From IMG/VR virus record IMGVR_UViG_3300017788_000011, positions 32,001 through 96,000 of that record: 64,000 nt of DNA. One strand, given 5' to 3'. How positions within the stretch are numbered: the stretch's first letter is position 1; each line of letters opens with the position of its first letter. The DNA is from a virus. A program made the position numbers and the translations under genes. Positions 20,601 to 31,419 of this stretch are shown in pieces. A model generated the notes under the pieces. It was not told the DNA's origin. It worked only from the letters and a program-made list of their open reading frames with translations, and made no database searches.

Positions 20601-23600
20601 CTACAAAATCGTATGAAGAAGTAATTCTATCAAACTTTAATCCTATGGTATTAGATCTAATAACATCATTTTCTATAACAGCAGAAACTCTTGCCGAAAC
20701 ACCGTCTTCTCTGAGGCCGCCATCTAATATGATTGTAGGAGCAGACACATATCCAGAGCCCGGATTTGTTATTTCAATTTTAAACACTCTACCGCTGGAA
20801 ATGTAGGCCTTTGCTGTGGCCCCTTGACCAAATCCGCCTTCAAATCTAACAATAGGAGCACTGATATAACCCGATCCGCCGTCTGTGATAACTATATCTT
20901 TGATATAAAATCCATAATTTTCAAACCACGATCTCCAAGGATATTCTAAGATCACGTTAGACGAAGAAATTAATTCACCTGTTGAAGATACCTTTACATC
21001 AACAGGTTGTGCTGATTTGTTTTCTACATAAGAAGGTAAATCAAAATCTGTTACAGCACTTTGAGTATTGTCAAAGGATTCGTAAAGGCTGATATATTCA
21101 CGAATCTGTGTTCTAAACGGTTTAACTTCTTCAACATAACCTTGATATGCTTCAAGACTGCTGGTCTTGTATGTTGGTGGCTGATCGAGTTCGCCGAGGT
21201 TATGTATTGCTGTGACTAAACTGGTTTTAAACACCCAATCAACTAAGGTCTGTTCGCTTAGTACATATCTAACTGAGGTAAAAAACAAATTGTTATATTC
21301 TTTACGTAGATCACTGATTAAAATCTCGTCTCGTATTGTTTCAAGAATAATTCGTAATTCAATGGCAGCAAATAAGTCATAACCTTCAACGTCATACAAA
21401 CTACTGCCATATCCAATATTACCGTCGGCAAAATCATAAAGATTAGTATTAAACTGAATCGTTCCGCTTTGTCTGCCAACCACCTGATAACTTTGTGTAT
21501 AATCAAAGGACTCAGATTCCTGATATTTTTTCAACAACAACCAGCCACCTGACCCAACAGACTTAACTCTGACTACCTGATCAATATTTGTATCTAAGAA
21601 AGTTAATTCATAAGTGTTGTTTACTTGATAATCAGGTTTGGTAAATTGATTGTATCCATCCGCATACCAATCGGCATAACTCCAGAATTTAGTAACATCA
21701 AATCTCTGTGTTTGAATTCTATTCCACAGCCTGTTTTCTTTATCCCATGTATAAAGACTCCATTTACCTGTGGTTGTTGAATCAATCTTAACTAAAACTG
21801 TAAATGGTCTTGCAGTTAATGTGGGATTAGTATAATTTTTTCCTCGGCGTCTAATGATAACATCGGTTACTCTTCCCTGTACATCAATCTCTGTTTTTAA
21901 CACAGCACCGGAGCCGCCTTCATCAACTATATCTATTCTCGGTGCAATTTTATAACCGCTACCAGGATTTAAAATAGTAATTCTAAAAAATCTTCCGTTA
22001 CGTAGCTCAACTGCGAATTTTGCAGTTTCTACATTTGATGTACCAACGAATCTCAGTTCTTCGTATGAATCTACAGCAACGTCATACTTGCCGTCTTTTT
22101 CAACAGGCACCGGATCAAACTGCTGTAGTCTTTCAAGATTAAAGTTATCGGTGATTAATTTGTTGATCAACACTCTGTTTAATCGTTCAACAAATTGTTT
22201 TGTTGCTTCTATTCTATTGATAAACATTCCCTGACGAGGAACATTTAGAATACCATATCTTAATTTTTTAGGTAAATCAGGATCGGGAACAATATTATTA
22301 TTTTGATCAAGACCAACAAGACTGTCAAACCACTTAGATTCTATGTACTTAGGTATTTCAAAGTTGTTAACACCTTCAGTAATTAATTGATACTGGTTAT
22401 GAATATTCAAATCAGTTTTATCAATACCCCAATATCGGATGTTAGCATTGATCTGTTTGTCAATTAAAATGTCTCCGCAATTTATAAAGGATACTGCGTT
22501 AGGAGCAATGAAATTAATAAATTTGTAACCTTGTGCTCGCGGATCGGCAATTAAATTAGCAACGTTCAATGCACTTAATGTTCTACCGTTCACTGATGGA
22601 ACCAATACTTTATTTTTTACCCAGAAATAATACGTTGGTCTAAATGATTGAGATATTACATCATATCGTTGTTCTACAGAATAGACTGCGTCACCGTAAC
22701 GACTCAGTCCACTGACACCCTCTGTTAGGCCTTCTTCGGTATCTGCTAAACTATCCCACACACTTGGTAGGTACGGAGACTCTACCCATTCATAAATGTC
22801 AATGCTGGCTCCATCGACTAATCTATTCCATACGTTTGCTCGATATAACAAATCTCCTTGATAAGGATTATAAAATCTTGCGTTTGTTAAATCCCACCAC
22901 AATTTTCCAACTTGTTTAACATCCCATGCTACAGTGGTATCGACCTGTTGGTCTGTTGTTCCAACATCATAAACTGCGGGGTCAAAATAAGTCTTATATG
23001 CTAATTCTTGCTCTGCAATTCCTGGTAACTTTCCTCGTAACACATCAACAAAGTCTATATTTCTAACTTTTTGATTTGTCACTGTGTTGTAAAGAAATGC
23101 AGAAACAAACTTTTCAGAATTAACTACTGGAGATTGTCGACTGGTTACTTCGTATGTCTTCTTGTTTTTTGGTCTTTCAAAGAACAACAGTTTTCCAACT
23201 CGACGATTATCAATGTTAAAATATTTGGCATTAAAAATTACAGTATCACGAGTAAATGCAATTTTTTCTCCAAGATCGCTGTTGGCACTCTCAGGAACGT
23301 CAAACGATTCGCCGTAAATAAATCTGTCAGCATATCTGTCAAAAACATAGACTCTGCCTGCGTCCTTGGTAGTAGTTTTAAAATTCAAACTCTGTCTGTC
23401 AAATGTAGTCGGGCGAGCGTTTGCCTCAGACTGTGTATCTGTTGCGTAAATCGAATTATATAAATCATTAGAGTCTTCTAACAAATTACCGTATTTGTCA
23501 AATGTAGTATATACATATTGATCTCCAAATTTTGCTGTGATAGCAACGCTGGTGGCATCGTTATTAAATTTCACTCTATATCCAAAGTTTTCATTTGGTT

Positions 23601-26600
23601 CTGCCAACGGATTTGATATTACATCTATCAATGTTAATTCAAAATCAACATATTCAAATATAAAAACTTTTCCTTGAACTTTATACTGACCATCTGCTCT
23701 GGCTGCGCCAACTGCAATATATCTGCCGTCTTTGGAAATGTCAACGCTGGACCCGAACTTTTCATAATAATTAATTTCGTTGACATAATTGTAATTTGCA
23801 GTGGAAATTAAACCATCTCTAATTTTGTCCACAGAAATGGTTTCTGCTAATTGATATCCGCCAGTAGTTTTCTTGTATAGGAAAACTTTACCGGTTCCTT
23901 GTTTAATCTTGGCTACAATCTGTTCCCATTTTGAGTTATCAAACGATCCGGAAGGATATGTTATATCTTCACCTTCTTTTAACTTGTAAAATTTATTATT
24001 GTAAGAAACTTCTGCTTGATCCTGATAATTCGATTGTTCGCTGTAAACTCCTTGATAATTTTCTAAATTAAGTTGATCTGCTTCTGGTGCAGAAGCAACA
24101 ATGAGTTCAGCACTATCAGAAACAGCGAACGATGCACCAAACAAATCACCTGATTGAACTGATGCTACATTGTATCCAAGAGTAGTGGAATCATCAGTTA
24201 TGTCATCATGTACAGTAAGTGGCAAGTAGCCGGCAATATTTTCAAAGCCAGCGGGTTCCCAGTCGGCAACTTCAAACGAAGTTCCGTCACCTAATCTATC
24301 CTGCGTTGCTTGATAAACTTGATTATTGTAGTAAACGATATCGCCCTGGGAATAATCTATCAGTGGACTAAAGCCTCCGCGGAATTTAGAATTTCTTACT
24401 AACTTCCAATTAAAGGTACTGTCATCTCCGGATTCATCAAACTTAAATGTGTAAATTCTTCCTTGATTTTGATTAGCGCCTGGAGCATTGATCAACAATG
24501 AATATTCTCCGGTTTCTTCGCCGGCAAACTTTAATTCCGTGCCAAAGTATTCATTGTTATCCGGTTTAGGACTACAGAATGTAGCAGACAGGGCAAAGTT
24601 TCCTCTGTCATCTTTTTCATATATAGAAACATATCCCTGATGTTGCAAATATAGGCCTGGTCCTGGCACTGATTCATAGGCTTCAACAGGAATAACATTG
24701 GTTATTTCCCATTCAGTTAAATCTTCACCGGGCACAGTTGTAGACGATGCGCTTATAAACTTTTTAGATTTCCATAATAATTGATTATACGAAACTATTC
24801 TACCTGCGTTATAAGATTGTATTGGACTAAACTTTCCTCTGTAAAAAGATTTAAATCCTGAAGCATCAGGAGCACCAATAGCCAAGTATCTACCATCCGA
24901 AGATATAGCCACAGATTTACTCCATCCCGTAGGTACAGATGAATCTGCATAGGTATCTACTGGCAAAATTGTCTGAATTGAAATTAAAGGATCTCCGGCT
25001 CTTACTCTGAGATATAATCTTACCTCTTTGTCTACTGATCCGACAGCGATCAATGATGAATCCGGTGTTATCGAAAATCCTGCACCAAATCTTAGATTTT
25101 CTGTGCGTCTTTCAGGCACTAATTCTGAAGAAGTGAATACAGGTTTTCTGGTATACACTGCCCATTTGCCTGTGCCGTCGGAGTTTGCATAGAATTTTTC
25201 AGAATCAGTGAATTTATAATCAATTGTATTGTCATTAATAGAATCAATAGAATCTATTCGAGCAGATACAAGTTTAAACATAACGATCGAAGAACTATCT
25301 TCACTGAACGTAATATCTTTATAGACATCTAATCCTTTGAGATCTTCAAGTGTTGTTTCTAATACAATCTTATCAAGTTCTATAGATTTAATTTTATAAA
25401 ATAATTCGTATTCTGCAGGCACTGAATATAGAGCAATGTAATCGCCAACTGCAATATCTTTGATGTTGTCGCAGATAATTTCTATGGTTTTAGATTTAGT
25501 TGTTAATTGTTTTACTGTCAATGTTGATCGAGTATATCTATAGATATTCCAATAAGAATTAACAAAATTAGGAACAAAGTCTTCTTTAAAAATCCAGATC
25601 AAATCACCGTCTGTGAGATCAGACACAGACTGTGTTAATAAGTTTTCCTTGACGTAGGTGCTGATTTTTACATCGCTCTGTTGAACGTATCCAGTATCTC
25701 TTAAAATTATTTCATTGTCATCTACAGTTGGCCAAAGGTTGATGTCAGCATCGTCAGGTTTGATATACAATTGATCAAATTCTTGTCTATAAACAAAATC
25801 TTTGACAGTATTGTCGATAACACTTACTACTTCAAACGGCTGAGGATTAATTAAAAATTGTTTTTCATCTAACTGTATTTCAACTTCTTTAAATGCTTGG
25901 CTGGCACCGTACTGTCCAACACGTACACCCCAATCTTCATAAAATTCAAGGCTGTCTCTGTTAGACTGGGATACTGCATCAAAAAATTTAATTAAGGAAT
26001 TTTTGGTTCCCTTTTCAATAATATAACCCTGATAAAACTTGTATTGACTTACTGGACTTGGAATTATTTGATTTAAATAGTCCCTTGTTTGATACCCAAT
26101 AGTATGCTGTGCTAATTGTTGTTGTGCTTTATCGAAGTTTGTAGAGTCAAGGTCGTAAAAGTCTCTGAATTGATCTGCTTTGTAATCCCAATTAGGTAAT
26201 AACTGTGATTCTGGTTTACTATCTAAAATAAACCATTCATTGCTGTCAAACTCAGCCTTACCAGGATTAAACTTGGCTGCGGTATAATAGAATTGTTTGT
26301 ATTTTACAATGTCACCAACATTGTAATCATTATAAGGTGACCAGTCAACTATCTTGGCTTGGTCATAGACGAAGCCAGGACTGTCAAAACTTCCTATCCA
26401 GGGGTAGGTTGTATATGCAACAATTTTAATTCGTTCTTGTCTGAAACCAGGTTTTTGGTCAAAGAGGATATCATTAAATTCTGAAACATTATCAAATATA
26501 ACTACGTGTTCTTTTTGCACAAGGTGCAGAGTCGCACCGTAAATTCCATTGTTGGTATTAACCGTTGTTAGCGTAAACTCGTTACCGTCCCTGCCAGTTG

Positions 26601-29600
26601 ATATAGTTTCTGCATCAATTAACGTACCGTCTTGCTGCCTTAGGGAATATCCGTTAAAGCCATCTTGTACATTATCGACTACAGCATAAGGATAATTTAA
26701 TTTTAATTTCTGTGCGGCCGGGCTCAGCGCCAACAAACTACCTGCACCAAACCCCTGAGTAGTCCAGAACAAAAATTCTTGGCTGCTGGTTTTCCAGTTT
26801 TGTATTAAACCAAGATTGTTGTCGTACTTGTCAAAAATAAATCCCTTGCTTTCAAGATACGCACCGTAGCCTAAAAGAAAATCAACAACATCTTGAATAG
26901 TTTTTAAAACACTACCGTATGGTAACCTACTTACAGTGTCTTCAAATGCCGTTCGAATATAGGCAGTTTTACCGCCAACTATTGGTAACTCAGGAATGCG
27001 AACAAATTTATCTGTGTCAAAGGATGCGGTTGCAGTGTGAGTCACCTTGACTCGATAAAAAGTATTTTGATAAAGAACAATTTTTCCCACTACATATAAA
27101 TTATTAGCAGTCCACTCGCTGTAGCCTTCGCTGATTCCGCCAACTCTAATTACTCTGTCTTTGTCTAAAACGATAGGATTAAAATATTCAAATACTGGTC
27201 TTTCAAAGTTATATCCTCGAATAACATATCCGGCTGGTTGTTTTTCTACGATAACGCCGCTGTAATATAAGGTTTCGACTGGGGATCCGGTGTTTAAGAA
27301 CAACAGATAATTTTCTTCGGGCAGTGTTAACAATGATCCACTGTTAGGACTCTTGCTGTCAAGATAAATTTTAAATTTGTCTTTGTCCGAAAAACCTTCA
27401 ACTCTGTAACTTAGGTTGTTGGTTATTTCTTTTAAATCTTTTCTGTATCTCTCAATGACTGATTTTTGATCGCTGGTGATATAATCACAGACATAATTTA
27501 CCAATCCAGAACAAAATGACTTGGCAGTGTCGAACCAAGCAGTAGGAGTAACTATGTCGTTTAACTTAATTCGTATTCCTGAATCTTTATAGATAAACTG
27601 ATTGTTAAGATTTTTTATCTGTCTAACACGATCAAACAGTACTGAAAAACTTTCAGCAGGTCTTGCTACCACTACAGACTTAATAAATTGAAATGGATAA
27701 TCACTGCTTCTTCTCCATGCCGTTTCAACCGGGCCGATATCGCCAAATGCAAATCTTTCGTTGGCAGTTAAAATGTTGAAGTTACCCACAAGATTTGCAG
27801 ACATCGGATCTATTAGATTGCCTTCAGCATCTACAGGAATGTTAGACGAAAGTCCGGGTCTACGGAATCTCACATCGTATTGAACAGTTTTTCCGGGCTG
27901 TCTAACTGCACCTTCTTCAAGGTCTTGCCATAATATTAAGTTGTCACTGGTATAGGGGGCAGGTCCATAGACTGTTTCCCACCAATCGGGTTTAATAGAA
28001 AATCCAAGACACTCCCAAGGGTGTGTATGTGGTCTATCTGTATCAAATTTTAATTTGAAAATACCTCTCCAATATCCCGGCAGCAACGATCCATCGTTAT
28101 CTAACGACAGGGAATAATTATAGGTAAATCTATTTTCAAAATCGTAAAATGTATTTTCAGTGGGATCTACGTCGGTGAATGATACCCATTTATAAAACGC
28201 TGGGGATAATAAATTATCTATCACTGACTTTGATACTTTAGACGTTCTTGCTCCGTTGGGAATGTAATCAAAAATATTAAAAATTGTAGGATCGTAATTT
28301 ACTTTGATATTATTAAAAATTCTAAGTTCTAATTCTAATAATAACTGATCTCTTGCATCACCGTAGGCTCTTAATATACTACCGTCGTGGCCCTGAATAA
28401 CCGAAGATGGAGTTATATATGTGTTATCTGTAAAAATGTGAGGAACATATTTTGGATATAAACCGAGTTTAGTCGGAGTTGGCGGCACAAAAGAATTGTC
28501 TGTGCTTACATATTCAAAAAATTCTAAAATGTCTCCTATGGCCAAAGTTCCAGTTACATTTACAAATCCTTCTTCAGTAAATGTATAATCTTTTTCGTAG
28601 ATAAGTTGAGTGTCGTTCAAATAAACTAATACTGCCTTGTCCGATGCGGTGGTGTTTGAATAAGTGTCTGTCAACGGATACAATTGAACTCTATTATCTA
28701 CCACAGGAATAGTAATCTTATTTGCGGCTCCGTTGGGAATCATGTCGCTGAATCTAAACGGCATTGATTCTGTTTTATTCTTAATTAAGTTGTTTAATAT
28801 TTGATCAACACGATCTTTAACTGTACCGTCTAAGGCAAGACTTGATGCTTCTTGAATAAATGCTCGCTTAAACTTTTGATATTCTGATGAAGCATATTCA
28901 AGCGCACGAATAACATTTGCAGATTTATCACAGAGATGATACAAGGGTAAATTTAAAGGAATTGAGTGTTGTAAAAATCTGGTTCCGTATTTAGATATTG
29001 CGCCGAGGTCTCTTAGGTTGCTTATACCTGGATATGTGCCTTTAAAGGAAGATACATTTTCAACAATTGACTGCACATGATCAACTACTTCGCCAAGTGT
29101 AAATTTATCCAACGACTCGTTTAAAGGATTATGTTTTAAACTGTAGGGAGAATCATAATATCCAGAAATCTTAATACCGTTATCACTGTAGGCTTTGATT
29201 ACAAGACTGTTGCCAGAAGTTAGGTCTTGATTAAATCTTACAAATTTATAAACAGTGTCTGTTAAAATTTCATAGTTTGTTGAATCAATAAACTGGCCGT
29301 TAACAAATACTTTAATTGTTAAATCTAATTGGCTGCTGTCTTTGAAACAATCAATTTTAAAATCGTTTGTGGTGTCAACAACATCATATTGTTTTACCAC
29401 ATACTGATAAACAGAATTTTCATTTTTTATCCAACCAGTTTCATAGGTATAATCAGTTCTTGAACTGTTTATTTTTAAAAAGCCGGTGTTGGTAGAAACT
29501 GAGATGATTCGTTCTACATCTCTATAACTAACCGATTCGCTTTCAAGATCAAAGTTAAAGACTATGTCACCGACGTTTTCAATATTTTGGTAGGTCAAAG

Positions 29601-31410
29601 GAAAACCTAATTCGGCGTCGTTTGACCCTGTTCCGGCTTTGTAAGTAAAAATTTTATTACCAACAAATGTTGTACCTTCGTACTTTAATTCATTGCTAAA
29701 ACTATCCCCATCAATATCATACAAATCAAATAAGGGATTTTGATTAACTGCTGTCTTCTGTTGACTGTATACCCACTGTGTTCCATTATAATGCCACATT
29801 GAGCCTTTATATGCAGTGCCATAGTTTACCAGTACACACTCCCCTTCGCTGGGTTCGGTGTCTACTTCTTCTTTTAAGGTGATCTGTTTACTACCTTGTA
29901 GATTAACAAAATCAACTTTGAAAATTCTACCATTAACCCGTTTGTCTGTATCGGCAGCAAACAGCACACGCATGCCTTTTACTAACAGTACACTATCTAC
30001 GAAATATCCCTGAGATCCTTCAATAATTGAAAATATATCAGTAGTCACTGTGTCAATTAAATCTACATTCTGCTTGGCCTGTCGACCAAAATTCAATAAC
30101 TGTACGTTTGGTTTGAATTCTATAATAGGTCTAATAGCACGAGTAGTTAAATCGATATCTGCTGGCACTCCCAGTGCTTCATAGGCTTTGTTGATGGCAT
30201 CAATGTGAAACCATCGATTGTGTCGACTCCAGGGATTTTTATCAATACTTTGTCGAGATACAGTGATATAATCTTGCTTGTCTGCTAAGGTCAGTGCCTC
30301 TGAAAAAGGTAATTTGTCAAATGGTTCGTCATCGAACAACACAATTGATTCAGAACTAAATGTTCCGGTGATTTCAAGATCTGCTTCTGCAACAAGATTA
30401 ATTTTATCCCCTACACCTTCAACATACCAAAAGCCTGTTGAATATTTTTCAGGTGTAACATTTCCAACAAATCTAACTTTCATACCGTTGGTTAGATCTA
30501 CGCCGTCGGCTGTTCTATATGTTTTCTTTCCTAAAATATCTTGATCAAGATCGAGGAATGAATTCTCAACAATATCGCTGATTTTAAAAACGCCGCCAAC
30601 GTCCACGTCCTTGGTGCTCATAAAATACAGTACGGATTCTGATCCTGCGTTGGGAGTAAATTCTATAACTCCTTGCTCGATTCCTTCAAACACTGTGTTA
30701 GTTTGATCTCCATCATAACTGATGAATCCATCCTGATCTAATGTTCGAACAGATTTAATTATTATAGGTTCCCCTGGAGAATTTACTTCGAATCTGTAGG
30801 TCTGGCCGCGATATAATCGTATTGTTGGATTTCTGGTTACTCCGTTTGGTGTTAGCACCACAGCCTTGTTGTCGCCATCGTCGACTAATGTCAATGTAAA
30901 AGTCGAAACAATTTCACGTTGCTGTCCAGCCACAGTATACACCGGAGGTCCATAGGGCAGCCAATAATAATTTCTGTAGTTAACAAATTTGTCCCAGTCG
31001 ATCTTTGGATCCCACGAATAAAATTCTTGTGCGTTGACTTTATTTTGATCTTTTTCTGCTGATCCAAAGTATTTTAACTGGTTAAGATAATCAATATAAT
31101 CTTTAAAAAAGGTTACATTATCGAACTGATCTGTGACTACTGTAGAGGAATCAAACTGGTAAAATTCTCTGTCGCTGTTGATCGCAGGAACATAGGTATC
31201 GTTGACCTTATAACTTTTTCCTACTTTTCTTCCGACATACCCGTTGCGAGATTTTACACCGCCTTTGCTGATTAATTGGTCAAGTGTAGCGTCTAAAAAC
31301 TTTTTGTTTGGTAAGGTTCTATAAAATCGAGGCAATAAGTCGCTTGACTTATTTTTTTTGCTACCTTCTCCAGGTAGATTAATTTCGTTTTGTTCGTCGC
31401 TGTATGCCAT
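17677..31410 (-). CDS. Giant (4577 aa) baseplate wedge-like virion protein
   Basis: Uninterrupted 13.7 kb ORF directly after the gp6-like gene. Contains FG-GAP-like repeats, W/Y-rich carbohydrate-binding-like modules and NPGSGY repeats. Confidence 0.75.
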   Translation of the reverse strand: MAYSDEQNEINLPGEGSKKNKSSDLLPRFYRTLPNKKFLDATLDQLISKGGVKSRNGYVGRKVGKSYKVNDTYVPAINSDREFYQFDSSTVVTDQFDNVTFFKDYIDYLNQLKYFGSAEKDQNKVNAQEFYSWDPKIDWDKFVNYRNYYWLPYGPPVYTVAGQQREIVSTFTLTLVDDGDNKAVVLTPNGVTRNPTIRLYRGQTYRFEVNSPGEPIIIKSVRTLDQDGFISYDGDQTNTVFEGIEQGVIEFTPNAGSESVLYFMSTKDVDVGGVFKISDIVENSFLDLDQDILGKKTYRTADGVDLTNGMKVRFVGNVTPEKYSTGFWYVEGVGDKINLVAEADLEITGTFSSESIVLFDDEPFDKLPFSEALTLADKQDYITVSRQSIDKNPWSRHNRWFHIDAINKAYEALGVPADIDLTTRAIRPIIEFKPNVQLLNFGRQAKQNVDLIDTVTTDIFSIIEGSQGYFVDSVLLVKGMRVLFAADTDKRVNGRIFKVDFVNLQGSKQITLKEEVDTEPSEGECVLVNYGTAYKGSMWHYNGTQWVYSQQKTAVNQNPLFDLYDIDGDSFSNELKYEGTTFVGNKIFTYKAGTGSNDAELGFPLTYQNIENVGDIVFNFDLESESVSYRDVERIISVSTNTGFLKINSSRTDYTYETGWIKNENSVYQYVVKQYDVVDTTNDFKIDCFKDSSQLDLTIKVFVNGQFIDSTNYEILTDTVYKFVRFNQDLTSGNSLVIKAYSDNGIKISGYYDSPYSLKHNPLNESLDKFTLGEVVDHVQSIVENVSSFKGTYPGISNLRDLGAISKYGTRFLQHSIPLNLPLYHLCDKSANVIRALEYASSEYQKFKRAFIQEASSLALDGTVKDRVDQILNNLIKNKTESMPFRFSDMIPNGAANKITIPVVDNRVQLYPLTDTYSNTTASDKAVLVYLNDTQLIYEKDYTFTEEGFVNVTGTLAIGDILEFFEYVSTDNSFVPPTPTKLGLYPKYVPHIFTDNTYITPSSVIQGHDGSILRAYGDARDQLLLELELRIFNNIKVNYDPTIFNIFDYIPNGARTSKVSKSVIDNLLSPAFYKWVSFTDVDPTENTFYDFENRFTYNYSLSLDNDGSLLPGYWRGIFKLKFDTDRPHTHPWECLGFSIKPDWWETVYGPAPYTSDNLILWQDLEEGAVRQPGKTVQYDVRFRRPGLSSNIPVDAEGNLIDPMSANLVGNFNILTANERFAFGDIGPVETAWRRSSDYPFQFIKSVVVARPAESFSVLFDRVRQIKNLNNQFIYKDSGIRIKLNDIVTPTAWFDTAKSFCSGLVNYVCDYITSDQKSVIERYRKDLKEITNNLSYRVEGFSDKDKFKIYLDSKSPNSGSLLTLPEENYLLFLNTGSPVETLYYSGVIVEKQPAGYVIRGYNFERPVFEYFNPIVLDKDRVIRVGGISEGYSEWTANNLYVVGKIVLYQNTFYRVKVTHTATASFDTDKFVRIPELPIVGGKTAYIRTAFEDTVSRLPYGSVLKTIQDVVDFLLGYGAYLESKGFIFDKYDNNLGLIQNWKTSSQEFLFWTTQGFGAGSLLALSPAAQKLKLNYPYAVVDNVQDGFNGYSLRQQDGTLIDAETISTGRDGNEFTLTTVNTNNGIYGATLHLVQKEHVVIFDNVSEFNDILFDQKPGFRQERIKIVAYTTYPWIGSFDSPGFVYDQAKIVDWSPYNDYNVGDIVKYKQFYYTAAKFNPGKAEFDSNEWFILDSKPESQLLPNWDYKADQFRDFYDLDSTNFDKAQQQLAQHTIGYQTRDYLNQIIPSPVSQYKFYQGYIIEKGTKNSLIKFFDAVSQSNRDSLEFYEDWGVRVGQYGASQAFKEVEIQLDEKQFLINPQPFEVVSVIDNTVKDFVYRQEFDQLYIKPDDADINLWPTVDDNEIILRDTGYVQQSDVKISTYVKENLLTQSVSDLTDGDLIWIFKEDFVPNFVNSYWNIYRYTRSTLTVKQLTTKSKTIEIICDNIKDIAVGDYIALYSVPAEYELFYKIKSIELDKIVLETTLEDLKGLDVYKDITFSEDSSSIVMFKLVSARIDSIDSINDNTIDYKFTDSEKFYANSDGTGKWAVYTRKPVFTSSELVPERRTENLRFGAGFSITPDSSLIAVGSVDKEVRLYLRVRAGDPLISIQTILPVDTYADSSVPTGWSKSVAISSDGRYLAIGAPDASGFKSFYRGKFSPIQSYNAGRIVSYNQLLWKSKKFISASSTTVPGEDLTEWEITNVIPVEAYESVPGPGLYLQHQGYVSIYEKDDRGNFALSATFCSPKPDNNEYFGTELKFAGEETGEYSLLINAPGANQNQGRIYTFKFDESGDDSTFNWKLVRNSKFRGGFSPLIDYSQGDIVYYNNQVYQATQDRLGDGTSFEVADWEPAGFENIAGYLPLTVHDDITDDSTTLGYNVASVQSGDLFGASFAVSDSAELIVASAPEADQLNLENYQGVYSEQSNYQDQAEVSYNNKFYKLKEGEDITYPSGSFDNSKWEQIVAKIKQGTGKVFLYKKTTGGYQLAETISVDKIRDGLISTANYNYVNEINYYEKFGSSVDISKDGRYIAVGAARADGQYKVQGKVFIFEYVDFELTLIDVISNPLAEPNENFGYRVKFNNDATSVAITAKFGDQYVYTTFDKYGNLLEDSNDLYNSIYATDTQSEANARPTTFDRQSLNFKTTTKDAGRVYVFDRYADRFIYGESFDVPESANSDLGEKIAFTRDTVIFNAKYFNIDNRRVGKLLFFERPKNKKTYEVTSRQSPVVNSEKFVSAFLYNTVTNQKVRNIDFVDVLRGKLPGIAEQELAYKTYFDPAVYDVGTTDQQVDTTVAWDVKQVGKLWWDLTNARFYNPYQGDLLYRANVWNRLVDGASIDIYEWVESPYLPSVWDSLADTEEGLTEGVSGLSRYGDAVYSVEQRYDVISQSFRPTYYFWVKNKVLVPSVNGRTLSALNVANLIADPRAQGYKFINFIAPNAVSFINCGDILIDKQINANIRYWGIDKTDLNIHNQYQLITEGVNNFEIPKYIESKWFDSLVGLDQNNNIVPDPDLPKKLRYGILNVPRQGMFINRIEATKQFVERLNRVLINKLITDNFNLERLQQFDPVPVEKDGKYDVAVDSYEELRFVGTSNVETAKFAVELRNGRFFRITILNPGSGYKIAPRIDIVDEGGSGAVLKTEIDVQGRVTDVIIRRRGKNYTNPTLTARPFTVLVKIDSTTTGKWSLYTWDKENRLWNRIQTQRFDVTKFWSYADWYADGYNQFTKPDYQVNNTYELTFLDTNIDQVVRVKSVGSGGWLLLKKYQESESFDYTQSYQVVGRQSGTIQFNTNLYDFADGNIGYGSSLYDVEGYDLFAAIELRIILETIRDEILISDLRKEYNNLFFTSVRYVLSEQTLVDWVFKTSLVTAIHNLGELDQPPTYKTSSLEAYQGYVEEVKPFRTQIREYISLYESFDNTQSAVTDFDLPSYVENKSAQPVDVKVSSTGELISSSNVILEYPWRSWFENYGFYIKDIVITDGGSGYISAPIVRFEGGFGQGATAKAYISSGRVFKIEITNPGSGYVSAPTIILDGGLREDGVSARVSAVIENDVIRSNTIGLKFDRITSSYDFVEVNKVEEFSGFGNRVQFALIWPIDLTQDSYTVKINGIAVLKTDYAVFNKTDSSGNYTKKYGVVQFEIAPATGATIEVSYKIDLNFMSAADRIYHAYQTAPGKLGKDLGQLMKGVDYGGVEVTSIPLTLLGGFDSDAWESEQWDDYDETFDDYIVTVDDSTYEFTLPYTPAAGVVLNIYKNGQRLDDPNFGTEDQTNIEAVMSSIVCDGITKTFVLPNLTDNPPLEINNGDEIIFRKTTSDGSRLPSETSYDTQLSGGDLAYNTASGFSPSDISLDGDGFVTPNTSHAPEEIVPGHVFDTLSIKVQDNVSVANSKIILKTINADGVSFRFLIGQKPTTENSVMVKLDNDLLKLGQDYNINFYDSTITFLTVPPEGSIISIWSFDFSGLSIYDNNFFIGDGSTREFITQAPYTDTQNVLVIVDGVQYNAEIFETDSSYATEGLLGIRFIVLPAANSVLKYVVYDGPDQEISIASLQEIRYVPPLMDYLLTNPMGESLPYDGKILVKKGNTVLKGPDSYEFTITADNYSYRIESQKYAPFSFDPTTISVFVNGDKKDYGIDFSVDFGLNRVTMNVTAVSVGDIVTIIINKDLDYEVTGTNPGNVYLKIKNSSLLAYGDTIEVLSFYNHNSQNILRYRNTFVTSTIVQETVQYYLFSQFKGGLVKLQRAVTDISAAWIMLNRTLLTPNVDYILLDSITVKLNPTIQIDQTDTVDVMQFDDRKSSTIPISFVKFKDILNRNSYYRLNYKFTQLASDLRPFDRVIEVIDGAVLDEPSRAKNKPGVIEIAGERVEYFVKNGNFLSQIRRGTLGTGVKDVHLSGQVINNIGISETVPYGDNTEVYEFVSDGSTLEFTLPFVPVKTAIADWYRDTIPLTHGQCNQVDVFAAGRHLRKSPLVRYDKAVGPDFESDTIQVEAEFSVDGVNYGTISAPEGRIRLTSAIPAGTKVVVTRKVGQMWQNSGQQLTESITKPALFLRRGG

Positions 31411-31419
31411 ATTTTAAAA

